Shown in pieces: positions 1-13,820 of a DNA stretch of 64,000 nt (position 1 is the stretch's first letter; the number at the start of each line of letters is the position of its first letter). Position numbers and translations under genes: made by a program. The stretch covers positions 78,678,001 to 78,742,000 of the forward strand of contig OX597818.1 of assembly GCA_951406725.2 (NCBI GenBank), read 5' to 3'. A model generated the notes under the pieces. It saw nothing but the letters and a program-made list of their open reading frames with translations, was not told where the DNA came from and searched no databases. The DNA is from Octopus vulgaris (Eukaryota).

Positions 1-743
1 CTACACTATTTGGTACAAGCTTCAAGTAATAGACTACGCTAAAGAGCATGGAAACAGCAGCATGGTATTTTGGCCTTCCTTCTACTGAAATAATAGTACT
101 TTTCTGGCAGCTGCAAGAAAATAAACTACAGCCACCAAAGAAAGGAAACCATAACATTTTTTACTCAGCTCACTCTGGCCTGAAGTTGAGAAGGAAAATA
201 AAAACATGGGGAGTAGATGTAAGAACTTCAGGCACAGTCATTTCTATGAAAATAAGGAACGAGGCCAAACGGTTAGCGAACGAAAAGGGGATTCAGAACT
301 TTATTGGAACAGAAGGATGGTGTTATTGATTTATGAAACAAGAAGGTTTGGCAATGCGTACAAAAACATCAATTGCACAGAGAATGCTAGGTGACTATGA
401 TGATAAAATAGTTAAGTTTCATAAATTTTTTTATAGCTGCTCAAAAAAAACTCCTTTTGAACTAGGCCAGGTAGGCAATATGGATGAAGTCCCACTAACG
501 TTTGATGTTCCCTCAAATAGAACTGTGAGTATCAAGGGATCCAAGACAATAGCAGTAAAAACCACAGGCCACGAGAAGACCCATTATATGGTCATTCTCT
601 CATGTTGCACTGATGGTACAATACTGCCTTTTCTGATTTTTAAGAGAAAAACTATTCATAAAGAAAAAATACCAAAAGTTGTGCATGTTCACGTTCATCC
701 TAAATGCTGGATGGACAAGGCCAGAATGCAGGGACAGAGTTAG
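1..743 (+). pseudogene. Degenerate pogo-family (POGK-like) DNA transposase fragment, CENP-B HTH plus DDE_1 start, in a NUP210 intron
   Basis: ORFs 48-329 and 333-743 are separated by one TGA. Motifs IRNEAKRLA..FIGTEGWCY, RTKTSIAQ, GNMDEVPLTFDVP, KTTGHEKTHYMVILSCC, FLIFKRKT and WMD are typical of pogo/Tigger transposases. Confidence 0.88.
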
Positions 744-1780
744 CAAAAAATGCAGCAATGACCCAGAAAAAGTATGTCCTCAAATACCTTTCGCCTATTT
801 CTATGGCTTGATGCTTTTCCCAACATCAAACCCATTTCAGAGTTTATTGGGTGGTGTATTTTTTTGTGGCACTAACACTATGTAGGTTACCTTGCCTATA
901 GCAAGACTAAAGAACTTCGTAACCTCTGTGTTGTTGCTGTTCATATCAATTATCAAACTCTTAAAGTGAACTGTGTATAAGTATATAATTGATTAGCTCT
1001 AATCAGCCAGTAGAAACAGAATTGCTAATTAAACTATGACCATTAACCAGAGTAGTTGACTAGTAGATTCATTAGAGTATCAAACTAAATGTTGTGTAGT
1101 ATATAATTATAAATTTTTTAATGTTCTGGGTTTATATCAAGGTAAGGTAAATTTTGCCTATAAAATATTCATCATCATCATCATCATCGTTTAACATCTA
1201 CCTTTTATGCTGGCATGGGTGTGACAGTTTGACAGAAGCCGGCACAAGACTTCTGTGACTGTTTTGGCAGGATTTTTACAGCTGGGTGCCCTTTCTAACA
1301 CTAACCATGCAACAAAGTAAACTAGGTGACATAATTCTCTCTTCCAAGCATGAACAGTTTTAATCACCTATTAATGGATAACTTTGATTCTTGAAATGTT
1401 ATATAGTTGATTCTATGTACACTAGGTCATAGGGTAAATGGATAATAGCAAAAACAAACTAACAGAATTAAGCATTTCCTGGCCTGTTGATTTCTGAGGG
1501 CCATTTATAGTTTGGTTAGCTCTCTATCTGTAACCAGGTTTTGATACCCTGCTTCTTAAATATTAGTAAAATATGTTGTTTGAGAAAGATAAGATCAGAT
1601 ATGTGAGAAAAGAAAAAAAACATTAATCTACCATAACTTTTATTTTCTGGTTAGCATGGAAGATAATTCCAGACATATTTACACCTCAGTGGTGGTGCAA
1701 TTTGCCAGAGAATCAGTACATAAATACAATTTGCTGGCATGGAGGAAGGGAATCATTTAATTCTTATTCCCCATCCACAC

Positions 1781-2006
1781 AACCCTTTAACATTCAGATT
1801 ATTCTGTCAAATGTAATGCTTATTTCTTCACATTGTTTTGAATTAATCATGCATTACCTTGTATCTTTGAAATTACGATGATGTGATTGTATATTTTTAG
1901 ACTGACATTGTTGGGTAGGTGTGAGAGGCTGAATTTGGCCACTTTGAACATAAAACAAGTAGAATATTTGGGTCGGGTATAGCTGTTTTATATGCTAAAG
2001 TGTTAA
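1781..2006. mobile_element. piggyBac-like MITE (~220 bp), copy 1 of 6
   Basis: Family termini TTAA-CCCTTTAGCATT...AATGCTAAAGGG-TTAA (decayed in this copy). Other copies at 4455-4666, 9582-9798, 15470-15674, 18167-18394 and 20276-20915. Confidence 0.75.
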
Positions 2007-2120
2007 ATCACTATGATTATTATTTACAAGTATTAGCATTTATTGTTGTTATTCTTCCTTGCTTTCAATAAGTTGTGGCTAGTTGTCAGATTTATTTAAA
2101 TCTTTCTTTTTCTATTTCAG

Positions 2121-2252
2121 ATGCCACTATTTGCAGTTGGTATCACTGATAATGTGACCCCTTTCTCATTTGGAAGTGCTATTCCACCTTTGAGTTTTTC
2201 TTGGACAGTCAGTAACAGTAAGGTTGCTACACTACAGTCAGTCTACCACAAG
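2121..2252 (+). CDS. NUP210: Nuclear pore membrane glycoprotein gp210, first exon visible in window (upstream exons lie outside)
   Basis: tttcag|ATG...AAG|gtaaat. MPLFAVGITDNVTPFSFGSAIPPLSFSWTVS resembles the recalled human NUP210 segment [30 protein letters not shown]. Phase 0/0. Confidence 0.93.
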
Positions 2253-2314
2253 GTAAATTGCTTCAATAATGCTTTCATAGTTTCTAGTGTTATATATATA
2301 AAATCACAGATTTA

Positions 2315-2512
2315 CAAGGGGTTGCTGAAAAATTCCTGGCTTTGAATAAAAGAAAATACAGGAGGGTCTGTTAATTATGATTTTATTCAACATATTCCCC
2401 TCTCAGATTCACACACTTATTGCAGTGATCTGGAAAAGAACTTGGAAGGTTGGGCCTCCAACCAGGTCTTACGTGATACCTTTAAAGCCAAGAACTTTTC
2501 AGCACCCCTTCG
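2315..2512. mobile_element. Tc1/mariner-type MITE (~200 bp)
   Basis: TA|CAAGGGGTTGCTGAAAAATTCCTGGCTTT is inversely repeated by AAAGCCAAGAACTTTTCAGCACCCCTTCG, giving a ~29-bp imperfect TIR. Confidence 0.7.
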
Positions 2513-3919
2513 TTTGAAGTGATTAATGCTGTATGGAAGGTCTGTTTGTTCTGACATCCATTTCTTTCTGTTAGCATGTGTGAGATGAATATATATAATC
2601 GAAGCATTGTTTTACAGCCAGATACCCTTTCTGTTGCTAACTTTTACCTGTTTTTTATGGTAAAAGCACAGAGCTATCAGACAATTTGTTGATAGGCAAA
2701 TAACAAACTTAACCACATAATGTTCAACAGATTTTTATACGAAGTATGCAGTATGTAAACTTTCACACACATGTGAGCATACACTCAGTAACACACAAAC
2801 ACTCACTCACTCTCTTATGGCAGGCTTTGTGCAATTTCCATCTATCAAATTCTTTCGCCAGGTATTGGTTAACCCAGGGCTACAGTTGAAGAAACTTGCC
2901 CATGGTATTGTGCTGTGAGGCAGTCTAGAAGCACATGGTTCATCATCATCATCATCGTTTAACGTCTGCTTTCCATGCTAGCATGGGTTGGATGGTTCAA
3001 CTGGGGTCTGGGAAGCCAGAAGGCTGCATTAGGCCCAGTCAGATCTGGCAGCTGGATGCCCTTCTTAACGCCAACCACTCCGTGAGTGTAGTGAGTGCTT
3101 TTTACGTGCCACCAACACAGGTGCTAGACGAGGTTGGCAAATGGCCACGTTCGGATGGTGCTTTTTACGTGCCGCCGGCACGGAGGCCAGGCGAGGCTGG
3201 CAACGGCCACAATCGGTTGTGAATCAGATTTCTTAACCACATAACCATCTTGGTATCTAGATTGTTATTTCTGATTGAGTAGAGTGTGATTTACTGTGAA
3301 GTATCTCTTTCTCAGAGATTCAAATGTACATGAATCAGTATAAATATATCAGTATTAGTATAATTGAAACTAGCAGTAAGTAATGTGTTTGATACTGCTG
3401 CTAATCTTCTGTTACTGACCCACTTGAAGCCACATCTTATCCCATGCTACTCAGACATTCAATTACTTCTCAAGTTGCAGCTAATGAGAGGTTGCTATTA
3501 AGTACAAGAAGGCAGAACTGGAAGCTATAAGTGACTTCCAATATAAAGGGTAAATCATATTGAATGATGTTTGGTCTGTATATATGTGTGATGGTGTGTA
3601 CAAGGGTATGCATGTATAAATGTTTGTGTACTTGAGTGCATTTAGGAAAGTTCACATGCTTTGCTTGGAAAGTTGCTGAGATTTGTTGCCATTTGGTTCG
3701 TGACAAATGTATGTAGAAATCTGTTATGTGCTGATTTGAACAGTGTTAGTCTTCCAACTCAGAAATTTCTTCAAACTATTTGTGAATTAGCAGAATTATC
3801 CAACCCATTGCTGATCTAGTAAAGCACTTAAGATATCACACCAGATGGAATATCAGTGGATTAGTTGAAGAAATTGGGTCTTCTTTTCATGTTATATTAA
3901 TATTTGTCATTCTTTTCAG

Positions 3920-4075
3920 ACTGGTCTGAATTCGCCAAGAGAAAGCAATTTTGCCACTCATTTGGTAGCCACGGGACCTGGGATCATCACTGTACAACTG
4001 AGAGTAAAACCAACACTAAAAGGCAAAAATCAAATTGTTTTAGACAAAGAATTTCGAGATGAATTACAAATCGAA
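3920..4075 (+). CDS. NUP210: NUP210 exon
   Basis: ttttcag|ACT...GAA|gtaagt, 52 codons TGLNSPRESNFATHLVATGPG...FRDELQIE (compare human ...LSDEIQVQ). Not in the ORF track. Confidence 0.9.
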
Positions 4076-6494
4076 GTAAGTTTTTTTTTTTAAATCTTCA
4101 TATTTAAAAAAAATATTTTGCTTTAATATTTCACGTTTTGATTTGACATTGATTTCTTTGTATTTTTTAATTATAAATTAATGGCTGAGATTTTAATACA
4201 AATGATGGGTGCAGGTATGACTGTGTTGTGCATGGATATGTATGAATGTTGATGTTCTGAAGGGAATAGTGATGTTAGCATTCCTTGTTGGTATTATGAC
4301 TGAATGCTCTACACTTTCAAAGCTCACTAGACTGAAAAGAAAAAGAAAAGAAGAGGTAAATAGGTAATGGTTTGTGATAGAAAGTTTATCTGGTCATAAA
4401 ATCCTGCTTTGAATTACTCCCAGTGGAATCCATGCTAGCATGGCAAAACCAATGTTAACCTTTAGCACTCAGATTATTCTGTTGAATGTCATGCTTATTC
4501 ATTCACGTAATTTTGAATTTGTCATGCATTATCTTGTAGCTTTAAGATTTCGATGGTGCAATGATATTTTTTTTTAGAATGACATCATAGGGTAGATGTA
4601 AAGGGCTGGATCTGGCTGGTTTTTAACACAAGCTGGATATGGCCACTTTAAATGTTAAAGGGTTAAGCAAACAAATTAATGACATTAGACATTATAAGTA
4701 TCAACCTTAAAACAGAAAATAGTGCAACAGGACTTCAAGCAGTATTTGAACTACATATCTCTTGCTGAGTGACTTTGTAGCTGAATACATACATCATCAT
4801 CATTTTACTTCCCTTATTTCTGTGCTGGTATATGGGAGAGACTTAGAGTAATACTCTACAGCTTGATGCTTTTTCTGTCACCAAACCTTTTATACATAAG
4901 GTACTTTATTCCACTAGTGAAGGTACATGGCTCAGTGGTTAGAATATCAGGTTCACAATCCCGAGGTAGTGAGTTTGATTCTGAGACCAGGCTGTATATT
5001 GTGTTCTTGAGCAAGACACTTTATTTCATGTTGTTGCAATGTCACTGGTGCCAAGCTGTATTGGCCTTTGCCTTTCCCTTTGATAACACCGGTGCCGTGG
5101 TGCGGGAAAACTGGTATGCATGGGTGACTGCTGATCTTCCATAAGCAACCTTGCCCAGGCTTTAGCCTTGGAGGGTAAGTTTCTTATTTCTTTATTGCCC
5201 ATAAGGGGCTAAACATAGAGGGGACAAACAAGGACAGACAAAGGGTTTACGTCGATTACTTCGACACCAGTGCATAACTGGTACTTAATTTATCGACCCC
5301 GAAAGGATGAAAGACAAAGTCGACCTTGGCGGAATTTGAACTCAGAACGTAACGGCAGACGAAATACTGTTAAGCATTTTGCTCAGCGTGCTAACGTTTC
5401 TACCTTCTCGTCGCTCTTTCCTTAGAGGATGACTTTCTAGGTACAGTCACATGGTCATTCATGACCAAAGGGGATCTTTATCCTTTCCTTTATTCCACTA
5501 GTTTTGCATGAGAAACCATTGAGGTGTGAGACATTGCTTATGTAGGACATATCTAAACGTTGTCAATGTAATGATATGCTCACTAGCAGACATTATGAGA
5601 TTCTGTGCTTTCTGTCTACTAAATTTCACTCATAAAATATTAGTTAACCCAAGGCTGTAGCAGACAGTACTTGCTCAAGGTAGCATGCTATAGAGTCATA
5701 CCCAAAACCACATAGTTGTGAAAGGAATTCGTTACTCACACTGCCATACCTACCTGTGAAGATTGTGAGATATTTATGAAGATAAATGAGGAACTAAAAC
5801 ACCAGTAAACACAGTGTCTGATTTAAAGAGAAAGAAACTGTAAGTGCTCTGTTATGTAAACAGTAACATAATGAGATGTTTTGACATTGTTGATTCGATG
5901 CTGACTTATCTGACATGAAACTTTCTTAACGTTTCCCTCGTTCTCTCCTTCCCTCTCTCATCTCCCTTCTCTCTTTTTCCCTCTCTCACTTCCTTCATCT
6001 CCTCTCTCTGTTCCTCCCTCTGTTGTTCTTTATCTGTGTTAGTTGTTAGTGATTACAAGGTCTAACATTTATAATCCTGACAATTCTGGTGCCCATGCCA
6101 GACAGTTCACGTCTGCTAATGATATATGTCTGTGCTTTTAGCATTGTATGTCTATATCTGTGGATCTCTCAAGATATATACTGTAGTAATATGGTGGTCT
6201 AATAATACGTCCATGTTAAGTTGGATATAAAGATTGCCACTCAGCATTAATACTGTTTCTGTCACTAGTATTTATTTTGTATGTTGTTTTGTTTGTCAGT
6301 TGATTGTGTGTATACAGTAGTTGCTTTATAGAGAAATGTAAAACAGCAGACAGAATATACACAAGAATGCATACAAGCATGATTTGCATATGTACATTAG
6401 GCATGTTTTTGTTATTATATTGCTACTATGAATCTTAAAAGATATTCTTTTTAGATTTGCTTTGGTTGTAATATTGTGTTTCTCTTTTAATCAG

Positions 6495-6586
6495 GTTTTT
6501 GATGGGCTGACCCTGATTTCACCCAGCATGGTTGATGGTTACATATTGGTTACAGCCAACACTGAAATGCAGCTGAAGACTAATCG
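6495..6586 (+). CDS. NUP210: NUP210 exon
   Basis: aatcag|GTT...CG|gtcagt. VFDGLTLISPSMVDGYILVTANTEMQLKTNR (compare human VFEKLQLLNP...IKLQTNR). Phase 0/2. Confidence 0.9.
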
Positions 6587-6911
6587 GTCAGTATTAATTC
6601 TTTTGTTACCACATTTTTTTTTGTTACCACTCTGCCTTTGTTTCAATTAATCTTGAAAGTAACGAAGAATTTTGTAAAATAACAGTGTTATCTTTAAGCT
6701 GGTGGTTGAATCATAATACAGAATTTCGATGGAGGATTTTAATTTAAATCACTTCAAAGCAAGAAGTTTGTATTATAGAACTAAAGGTTGTCTCAGAAGG
6801 GAAAAGAAATTGTGTGTGTGTGAGAGAGAGAGAAAGAGAATGCATGACAGAAAGATATATGCTGTCTTCATTTTTTTCCACGGGTTCTGACTATAAATTA
6901 AAATCAGCATT

Positions 6912-7258
6912 TGTTGTTGGTACTCTGTCAGTTACGACGACGAGGGTTCCAGTTGATCCAATCAATGGAACAGCCTGCTTGTGAAATTAACGTGCAAGTG
7001 GCTGAGCACTCTACAGACACATGTACCCTTAACATAGTTCTCAGGGAGATTCAGCGTGATAGACAATGTGACAAGGCTGGCCCTTGAAATACAGGTACAG
7101 CAGAAACACAAAGAGAAAGTTGTGGTGAAAGAGTAAAGCAGGGTGGAGCTTTAGGTGTTTTCGTTCAATAAACACTCACATTGCCTGGTCTGGGAATCAA
7201 AACCGCGATCCTACAACCGCAAGTCCGCTGTCCCAACCACTGGGCCATTGCGCCTCCA
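6912..7258 (-). mobile_element. tRNA-derived SINE
   Basis: Minus-strand head GGAGGCGCAATGGCCCAGTGGTTGGG... has Pol III A/B-box-like motifs. The 3' body is shared with 59950-60130 and 61960-62130. Confidence 0.7.
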
Positions 7259-8282
7259 CTATGTATTATGTACATCATTTATCAGTATTACATTACTCAA
7301 TGTATTTAGTAAAGGGACAATGCTAATGTACTTCATAGAAAGATGCTATTGACAAGATTCATTTCCTTTGGTGATTGGTGTAATCTTGAAGTACTTTTAA
7401 GAATGTGCATGTTCAGTGTAACATGCTGCCTCCATGTGATTAACTATACCTTAATTATCTTACTGGAAAGGTCAGTCTATGTCTGGGCCACTACAAATAG
7501 GTCTGTTAACATTTTGTTCATTACTAGTTACTAAGTCTGCTCTGTAATAACTTTTTATTTAAAAAAATAGAACAAACTAGACTGCTAAACTTAACCAAGA
7601 GTTACAATATTCATTGTCACTATCATCATTTTCATTTTATATCTGTTTTCCATATTGGCAGGGAATGAACACATCATCTCAGTCAAGTTAGCTGTAAGCT
7701 CTCTTAAACTGGTTAAAGGACCATATCTTGCTCTGATATTTTTGTTTGGCAAGGTTTCTATAGTTTAACACCAAACACTTTACAAGGTGCACTAGGTGTA
7801 TTTTATCAAGGCATTTGTGTGAGTGCTGTAGCCCTTATTACGCTGAGATGGAGAATAAAAGAGAGAACAGATTTTGCTGTGTGGCTAAGGTGTTCGCTTT
7901 CCAGTCATGTTTTGGATTCATTCCTAGTGCACAGTTCCTTGGGCAAGTGTCTTCTATAGTTCTAGGTTGACTAAAACTTTGTGTGTGTGTTTTGTGTCTC
8001 TTCATTTTGACAGCATGTAATAATTGTAAATGAGTGTAACCGTCATATAAGTTGTGTTGTTTGTTTCCAATCTTATGTTCAGCTTTAGGGAGATATTACT
8101 TTACTTGGAAACAGATGAGGGTTGACAACAGGAAGAGCATCATCACATCAAAAATCTACCTCAGTGGACTCCATTTGACCCATACATGCATAGGAAAATG
8201 AATGTTAAGATGATGATGAATTCCAGTTCCTTGTTGTTAACAAAATATATTTTATTTTGTGTTTCTTTTGGTTTTTTTCAAG

Positions 8283-8460
8283 GGATAATTCTGTACGTCT
8301 GCTCTACAAAACAAGTAGCCGACCTGGTGAGAAAGCAGCTGAAGTAACTGTCCGCGAAAATGGTATCCTCTCGACTGGTTCTAAAACTGGGCAGATTACT
8401 CTTATGATATCTGCTGTTGAAGATTTTGGCATCAACCAGACAATGGTTTTCAATGTTATA
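8283..8460 (+). CDS. NUP210: NUP210 exon
   Basis: ttcaag|G GAT...ATA|gtgagt. DNSVRLLY...GILSTGSKTGQITLMISAVEDFGINQT (compare human GFLASGSMIG...QEPFGANQT). Phase 2/0. Confidence 0.92.
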
Positions 8461-9366
8461 GTGAGTATCTTTGGCTTTCTATGTTTGATTGTTCTTATAG
8501 TACTTAGATAAGTATTTGTCTTCAATTTTTTTTTGTCTATTTTTAAAACTTAAAATGGAGCTATAATTCTTGTACTCTAACTAGCCTTTGTTGTTGTCTC
8601 TAACCCCAGCCCATCCCTGATTGAACAGACCTTTGATCAAATTCATTCCAGCTATGATCATCCTGTCATTCTCATGAATATCTTAACCCGGTATCAAACT
8701 ATCCAAACAGTTCTTTTCTCTGACAGTAGGGTGATTTGAGGGCAGTTTGGCTTCTATTTTGTAGCAGGTCTAGCTATTACTTAGAGATGCTAGGAAAATG
8801 TATATTAAAACTGTATTTGTGTAATCTCCTAAGTTGATGGACCAAATTATAGAAGTAGCAGAATGAGTTATAAGCACAGCTAATTAGGAAGAAAATTAGC
8901 TTTAATGAAGTGTAGTTTGGATCTATGCCAATGTGGAGATGTCCTGTTTTGGTGAGGTGCTACAAGAGAAGTTTATCTAACATTTTTTGTCTTGGAGAAG
9001 GCTTTTGACTGGATTCTTCATTTTCTCGTCTGGTGGTTGATAAAATCATTTGGGGCAAATGAATAGCTCTGAGAGCCATGCATTCCATGTACTGGTGACA
9101 AGGTAAGAGTTAGCAACGAGTTTGGTAAAGAAGTTAATGTACAGGTAGGTGACCAATGGTGTTCAGTGGTGCTACTGTTTATTATAGGGGTTCAAGGTTA
9201 GCTGTCTATGAGAACTTTTATATGTTGATGCCTTAGTTTTCTGCAACTGAATCGTAACCATCATTGTTATAATGTCTTTTTCTTCATGCTTGCATTGGTT
9301 GGACAGAGTTTATTGGTGGAGATGGTGCACGTTTTAATCCCCAAATTTAATTGTTTCTCTTTCAAG

Positions 9367-9539
9367 GTGAAACCAGTCTCCTTCTTAATGCTCAGTGTTG
9401 ACACTGTCTTTAAGTCTAAAAGTGGTAGCCTATCTGCTCTTCCTCTTGGTGCCACTTTATCTATCCACGTGTCATTCCATGATGAAATTGGTCACACCTT
9501 CCATGCTACCAACATTCAGACCAAATTCACATGCAACCG
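9367..9539 (+). CDS. NUP210: NUP210 exon
   Basis: ttcaag|GTG...CG|gtaagc. VKPVSFLML...LPLGATLSIHVSFHDEIGHTFHA...FTCNR (compare human [23 protein letters not shown]...FATNR). Confidence 0.94.
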
Positions 9540-10479
9540 GTAAGCTTTACTACCTTCCAAAATTTCTTAACTCAATTAAGATTAATCCTTTAGCATTCAG
9601 ATTATTTTGCCAAATGTAATACTTTTTCATTTAAATTATTTTTTATTAATCATGCATTATTTTGTAATTTTGATGATGTGATTGTATATTTTGTCATGGC
9701 ATTGAAAGGTAGGTGTGATAGGTAGGTGGGCCTGACTGGTTGGAACATAAAACAGCATATTTGGGTTGGACTTGGCTGGTTTAAATGCTAAAGGGTTACA
9801 CCTGTTGCCAGCTTGAAAATATTTTTACTTCTCTATTAGTGCATATTGTGTACTAGAACTGTCTATGACTGTGAAACTAGATAATACCTGTGACAAATTG
9901 TGTTTTGGGGTGGTCAGAATATTCTCTACTGTACTGTAGCTCTGCTACTACATCTCTTCTCGAAGTATATCTTTTGAAATACACCCCTTAATATACATAA
10001 ATATAATATCTCCTCTCTTCCTTTGATACTTCTCTTCCGATTTATAAGTATATATAGTGATATCAGTGCATGTGACTGTGTTGTAAGAAGTTTGCTTCCC
10101 AAAAACACGGTTTCAAGTTAAGTCCCATTGCACGTTGGGCACCTTGGGAAAGTATGTTTTACAATAGCCTTGGGCCAGCCAAAACATTGTAAGTGGATTT
10201 GGTTGACAGAAACTGAAAGAAGCCTGTCGTGTGTGTGTGTGTACACACACATACACATGCAGACATATCGCTGTGTGTCTGTGTTTGTCTCCTACCACTG
10301 CTTGACTACTGATATTGATGAGTTTACATCCCTGTAATGTAGAAGTTCAGCAGAAGAGACCAATAGAATAAATACCAGACTTAAAATAATTACTGGGGTC
10401 AATTAATTCAACTAAGATTTCTCAAAACAGTGCCCCAACATGGACATAATTTAATGACTGAAACAAGTAAAATGTGTGC

Positions 10480-10524
<45 letters not shown>

Positions 10525-10670
10525 AATTTGACATGGGCGATTCTTTCTTGTCTTGGGATCCACGGTCAAATGGCTGGGTGGAATTGCGCGAAAATCGATA
10601 CATATATGTAGAATGATCTGGTGATGCTGGGCTTTGTATTTTTTCATAGCTCCCATGGTTACTGAGATAA

Positions 10671-11055
10671 TCTCTCTCTATATAAACGGCAGTTTGTCTG
10701 TGTGTGTTTCTGTGTGTCTGTTTGGTTGTACCCTCACTCTGACCACGGCTTTCAACCGATTCTGATGAAACTTGACACACACATAGCCCAATGTCATAAT
10801 TCAAAACTAACGCAACGAAAATTTTGAAAAGTTTCCCCAGTTCTGAAAAAGATCGATAAATTCGACATGGGGTCGAGAATCAGAAACACAAACCACAGAT
10901 GGTCTAGGGGACGCAACTCGACCTTTTTAACTATCAAAAAAAAATTTACCATCATTTTCCCCCCATTTTTTTGCTATTTTTTGGCTATAACTCTCTAAAA
11001 ATGCTTTATAGTTATTTCCCTTACAAACCCGAGCAATGCTGGGCGATACTGCTAG
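10671..11055 (+). mobile_element. Non-autonomous Helitron
   Basis: Starts A|TC and ends CTAG|T, with a subterminal GC hairpin (CCCGAGCAATGCTGGG). No TSD. An empty-site paralog is visible at ~11147-11251. Confidence 0.8.
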
Positions 11056-11504
11056 TCTACTATAATCGTAATCTTGTGTTTATGAATGAGAAAGGAAGGG
11101 GTTATACATGAATAAGGAAGGAAGGGGGTGACGTCATATTTTTTCTTAGCTCCCTTGGTTACCAAGATAATCTACTACAATTACACTCTTGTGTTTATGA
11201 ATGAGAAAGGAAGTGGGTGATACATAAATAAGGAAGGATGGGGTGATGTCAGACTTGATAGTGTGATGATGAAAGTTGTGCGCTGAAAAAAATAAATGAA
11301 ACCGGTTAAAATCTGAATATATATGTGTGTGTATGGAAAAGGGTGTGTGTGTGAATGTGTGTCTGTATGTGTGTGAGTGCAATGGAAGTGGGATGGTTAA
11401 CATTCAACGCTGAAAAGAATGATTAAACAGCGTTTTAACTCTGTGTATTTGGTATGTTTCACTTGAGTAAAATCTGTTCTCTATAAATGTATGTGTCTGT
11501 TTTA

Positions 11505-12013
11505 TCTATATATATAAAACTCTAGTTGTGTGAGTGTCTGTCCCCTTCGATTTAGATTCCTAACTCCTCCCACATTTTGCGGTGCAGTTTAACCAAATTC
11601 GGGTATCTTATAGTCGTGATTCATATCGAGCCCGTCTGACTATTAGCGTGCGTCAACGATGAGTCTACGATTTTAAAAATAATTTAACATCATTTTTTAT
11701 TCCATTTTAATGCATAAAATGCATCGTATGTCGATGGCGGCGGAGTTGGCGTCCACGCTCACAGCTGCACCTGTTTGCTTCTCCCCCTTCTTCCCTCCCT
11801 CGTGAAGCTGTGGGGAAGGGAGTGTAAAGAAATCAACGTCGTAATGCGTTGTGAAGGAAACCAGCGTTCTTTTAGAACAACGACTTCATGACTTGAAGAC
11901 ACCAAAACAAAAATGGCTAAGAAAGCCCGAATTTATAAGGGAAGTAACTCTCTAAAAATGCTTATATAGTTATTTCCCTTACAAACCCGAGCAACGCCGG
12001 GCGATACTGCTAG
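11505..12013 (+). mobile_element. Non-autonomous Helitron (different body, same 3' end)
   Basis: A|TCTATATATATAAAA...CCCGAGCAACGCCGGGCGATACTGCTAG|T. The last ~68 bp are nearly identical to 10988-11055. Confidence 0.8.
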
Positions 12014-12360
12014 TGTTGATATAAAGTAATTTCTTTGGTATTTCTCAACTAAATTTTATTTAGCATCATTATTATTAAATTTATGCATTTCTAATCAATT
12101 TGGAAATATTTGCTATTGAGTTGCAGATTTTTTTACAATGCATTTGGTGATTATTTGCTTTATTTCTTGAGCAAAATTTACAACTTACAATAAAAAATAA
12201 AATTATTATTTCATTCAAAAATTGATTAGCTTTGTTTTTAGTGATAACTTGAAATGGCAAATATTTTTTCTAACTGTATTTGCTTGAAAAAACACTTTTC
12301 TTTATATTTAGCATTCTTTATACTTTATGATGTGCTTAGATAAAAACCATCGTTATAGAT

Positions 12361-12586
12361 CAGCGTTTATCAACCTTTTCCCCGATTCGGCTCCTCTTGG
12401 ACATTGAAAAATTTATTTCTGCTTCTCTGTGTTGATGAAAAATTTTAATTCAGTTCCCCATGTATCTGAGATAGACCAGCTGACCCATGAAAAATCTGGC
12501 AGTGGGCGGGGTCGAGTCAGGAAATTTTCATACAGCTGGAGGCTCCAATTGAAACGGGACCTGAATGATAAGGTTGAGAAACGCTG
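12361..12586. mobile_element. hAT (Charlie-like) MITE
   Basis: TIR CAGCGTTTATCAACCTT / AAGGTTGAGAAACGCTG. 8-bp TSD TTATAGAT / TTATGGAT (7/8). Confidence 0.75.
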
Positions 12587-12654
12587 TTATGGATTATGCC
12601 TAACCGATTATGCCACATCATCCAAACAGATCGGGTGAATCCAGGCTTAGCTGC

Positions 12655-12685
<31 letters not shown>

Positions 12686-12993
12686 ACATGGCCGCAGCTT
12701 TGAGCTGAAACTGATGAAAGGAAATATATATGCTTGGGTTGATATTTATGCACAAATGTAAATGTGTATATACACTGATTACAATTTCCATGCCTGATGA
12801 TATTTTAAGCTTGCATATATAGAAAGTGGAAGTATCTGTCTAGAATACGACTGGTCTAATATGTGTGTTAACTCAAACTACATACCATACATATATACAG
12901 GATTCATTGCATAAACATGCATAACTTGTAATATTGGTGCATGCAAACTTTTTGTTTTAAAGTGATCTAAATTTTAAAAAAATATTTTTTCAG

Positions 12994-13078
12994 TTATGAT
13001 CTTCTACAGATTGTTAATGGTGCTGAAAACAACACACTGTTGATTAAAACAACCAATGCTGGACAAACTCTTTTAAAG
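12994..13078 (+). CDS. NUP210: NUP210 exon
   Basis: tttcag|T TAT...AAG|gtctgt. YDLLQIVNGAENNTLLIKTTNAGQTLLK (compare human [28 protein letters not shown]). Confidence 0.92.
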
Positions 13079-13820
13079 GTCTGTTTACAGAAAATCTTAT
13101 GAATATTCTTTAATTTTTTATATATATTTTGACCCTATCTTTTTATCATAATTGTTAAAAAAAAACTGGTTTGTTTCTGTTTTATGCTGTCACGTTTCAC
13201 TTCTTCCTTCTTGACCCACTCCTATTTCCTTCACCTTCAAAGTGTTATTCACATTGACCATGCCTCCACCTGTATTTCCTTCTATCCATATCATCATCAT
13301 TTGACATGTATTTTCCATGCTGGCATGGGTTGGACGGTTTGACAGGAGCTGACCAGTTGAAGAGCTACCCGAGCTCCATGCCTATTTTGGCATGGTTTCT
13401 ATGGCTGGATGCCCTTCCTAATGCCAACCACTTTACAGCTCTAAACAATTTGTCACTTTCTTTTCACACTCTTGTCAACTTACCCATCCTCCCTTTTTGA
13501 TCTTCTTCCCTGTTCTCTCTTTATCTACTTTCGTGCACTAAAACACCTCGTCACCACCATCTCTTCTCTCTTTCCAGCTGGAATAGCTATGTATCTCCAC
13601 TTTATCAAGACACTTGATCTATCATACTTTAGCTTCTTAGCATCTAGCACAAGGCCACCTGCCTCACTACTACACCCAAACTCAGTTGAGGGGCTTTGTC
13701 TTGTGAATTGACATTGTGGTGTATTGTACCTTTAAACCTGCTGTAAATCTTAGAATTATCAGGATTAGCAGGAAGACAAAATGGCTGTGTATAATTTTCT
13801 TTTACATTTTTTTTGATAAG

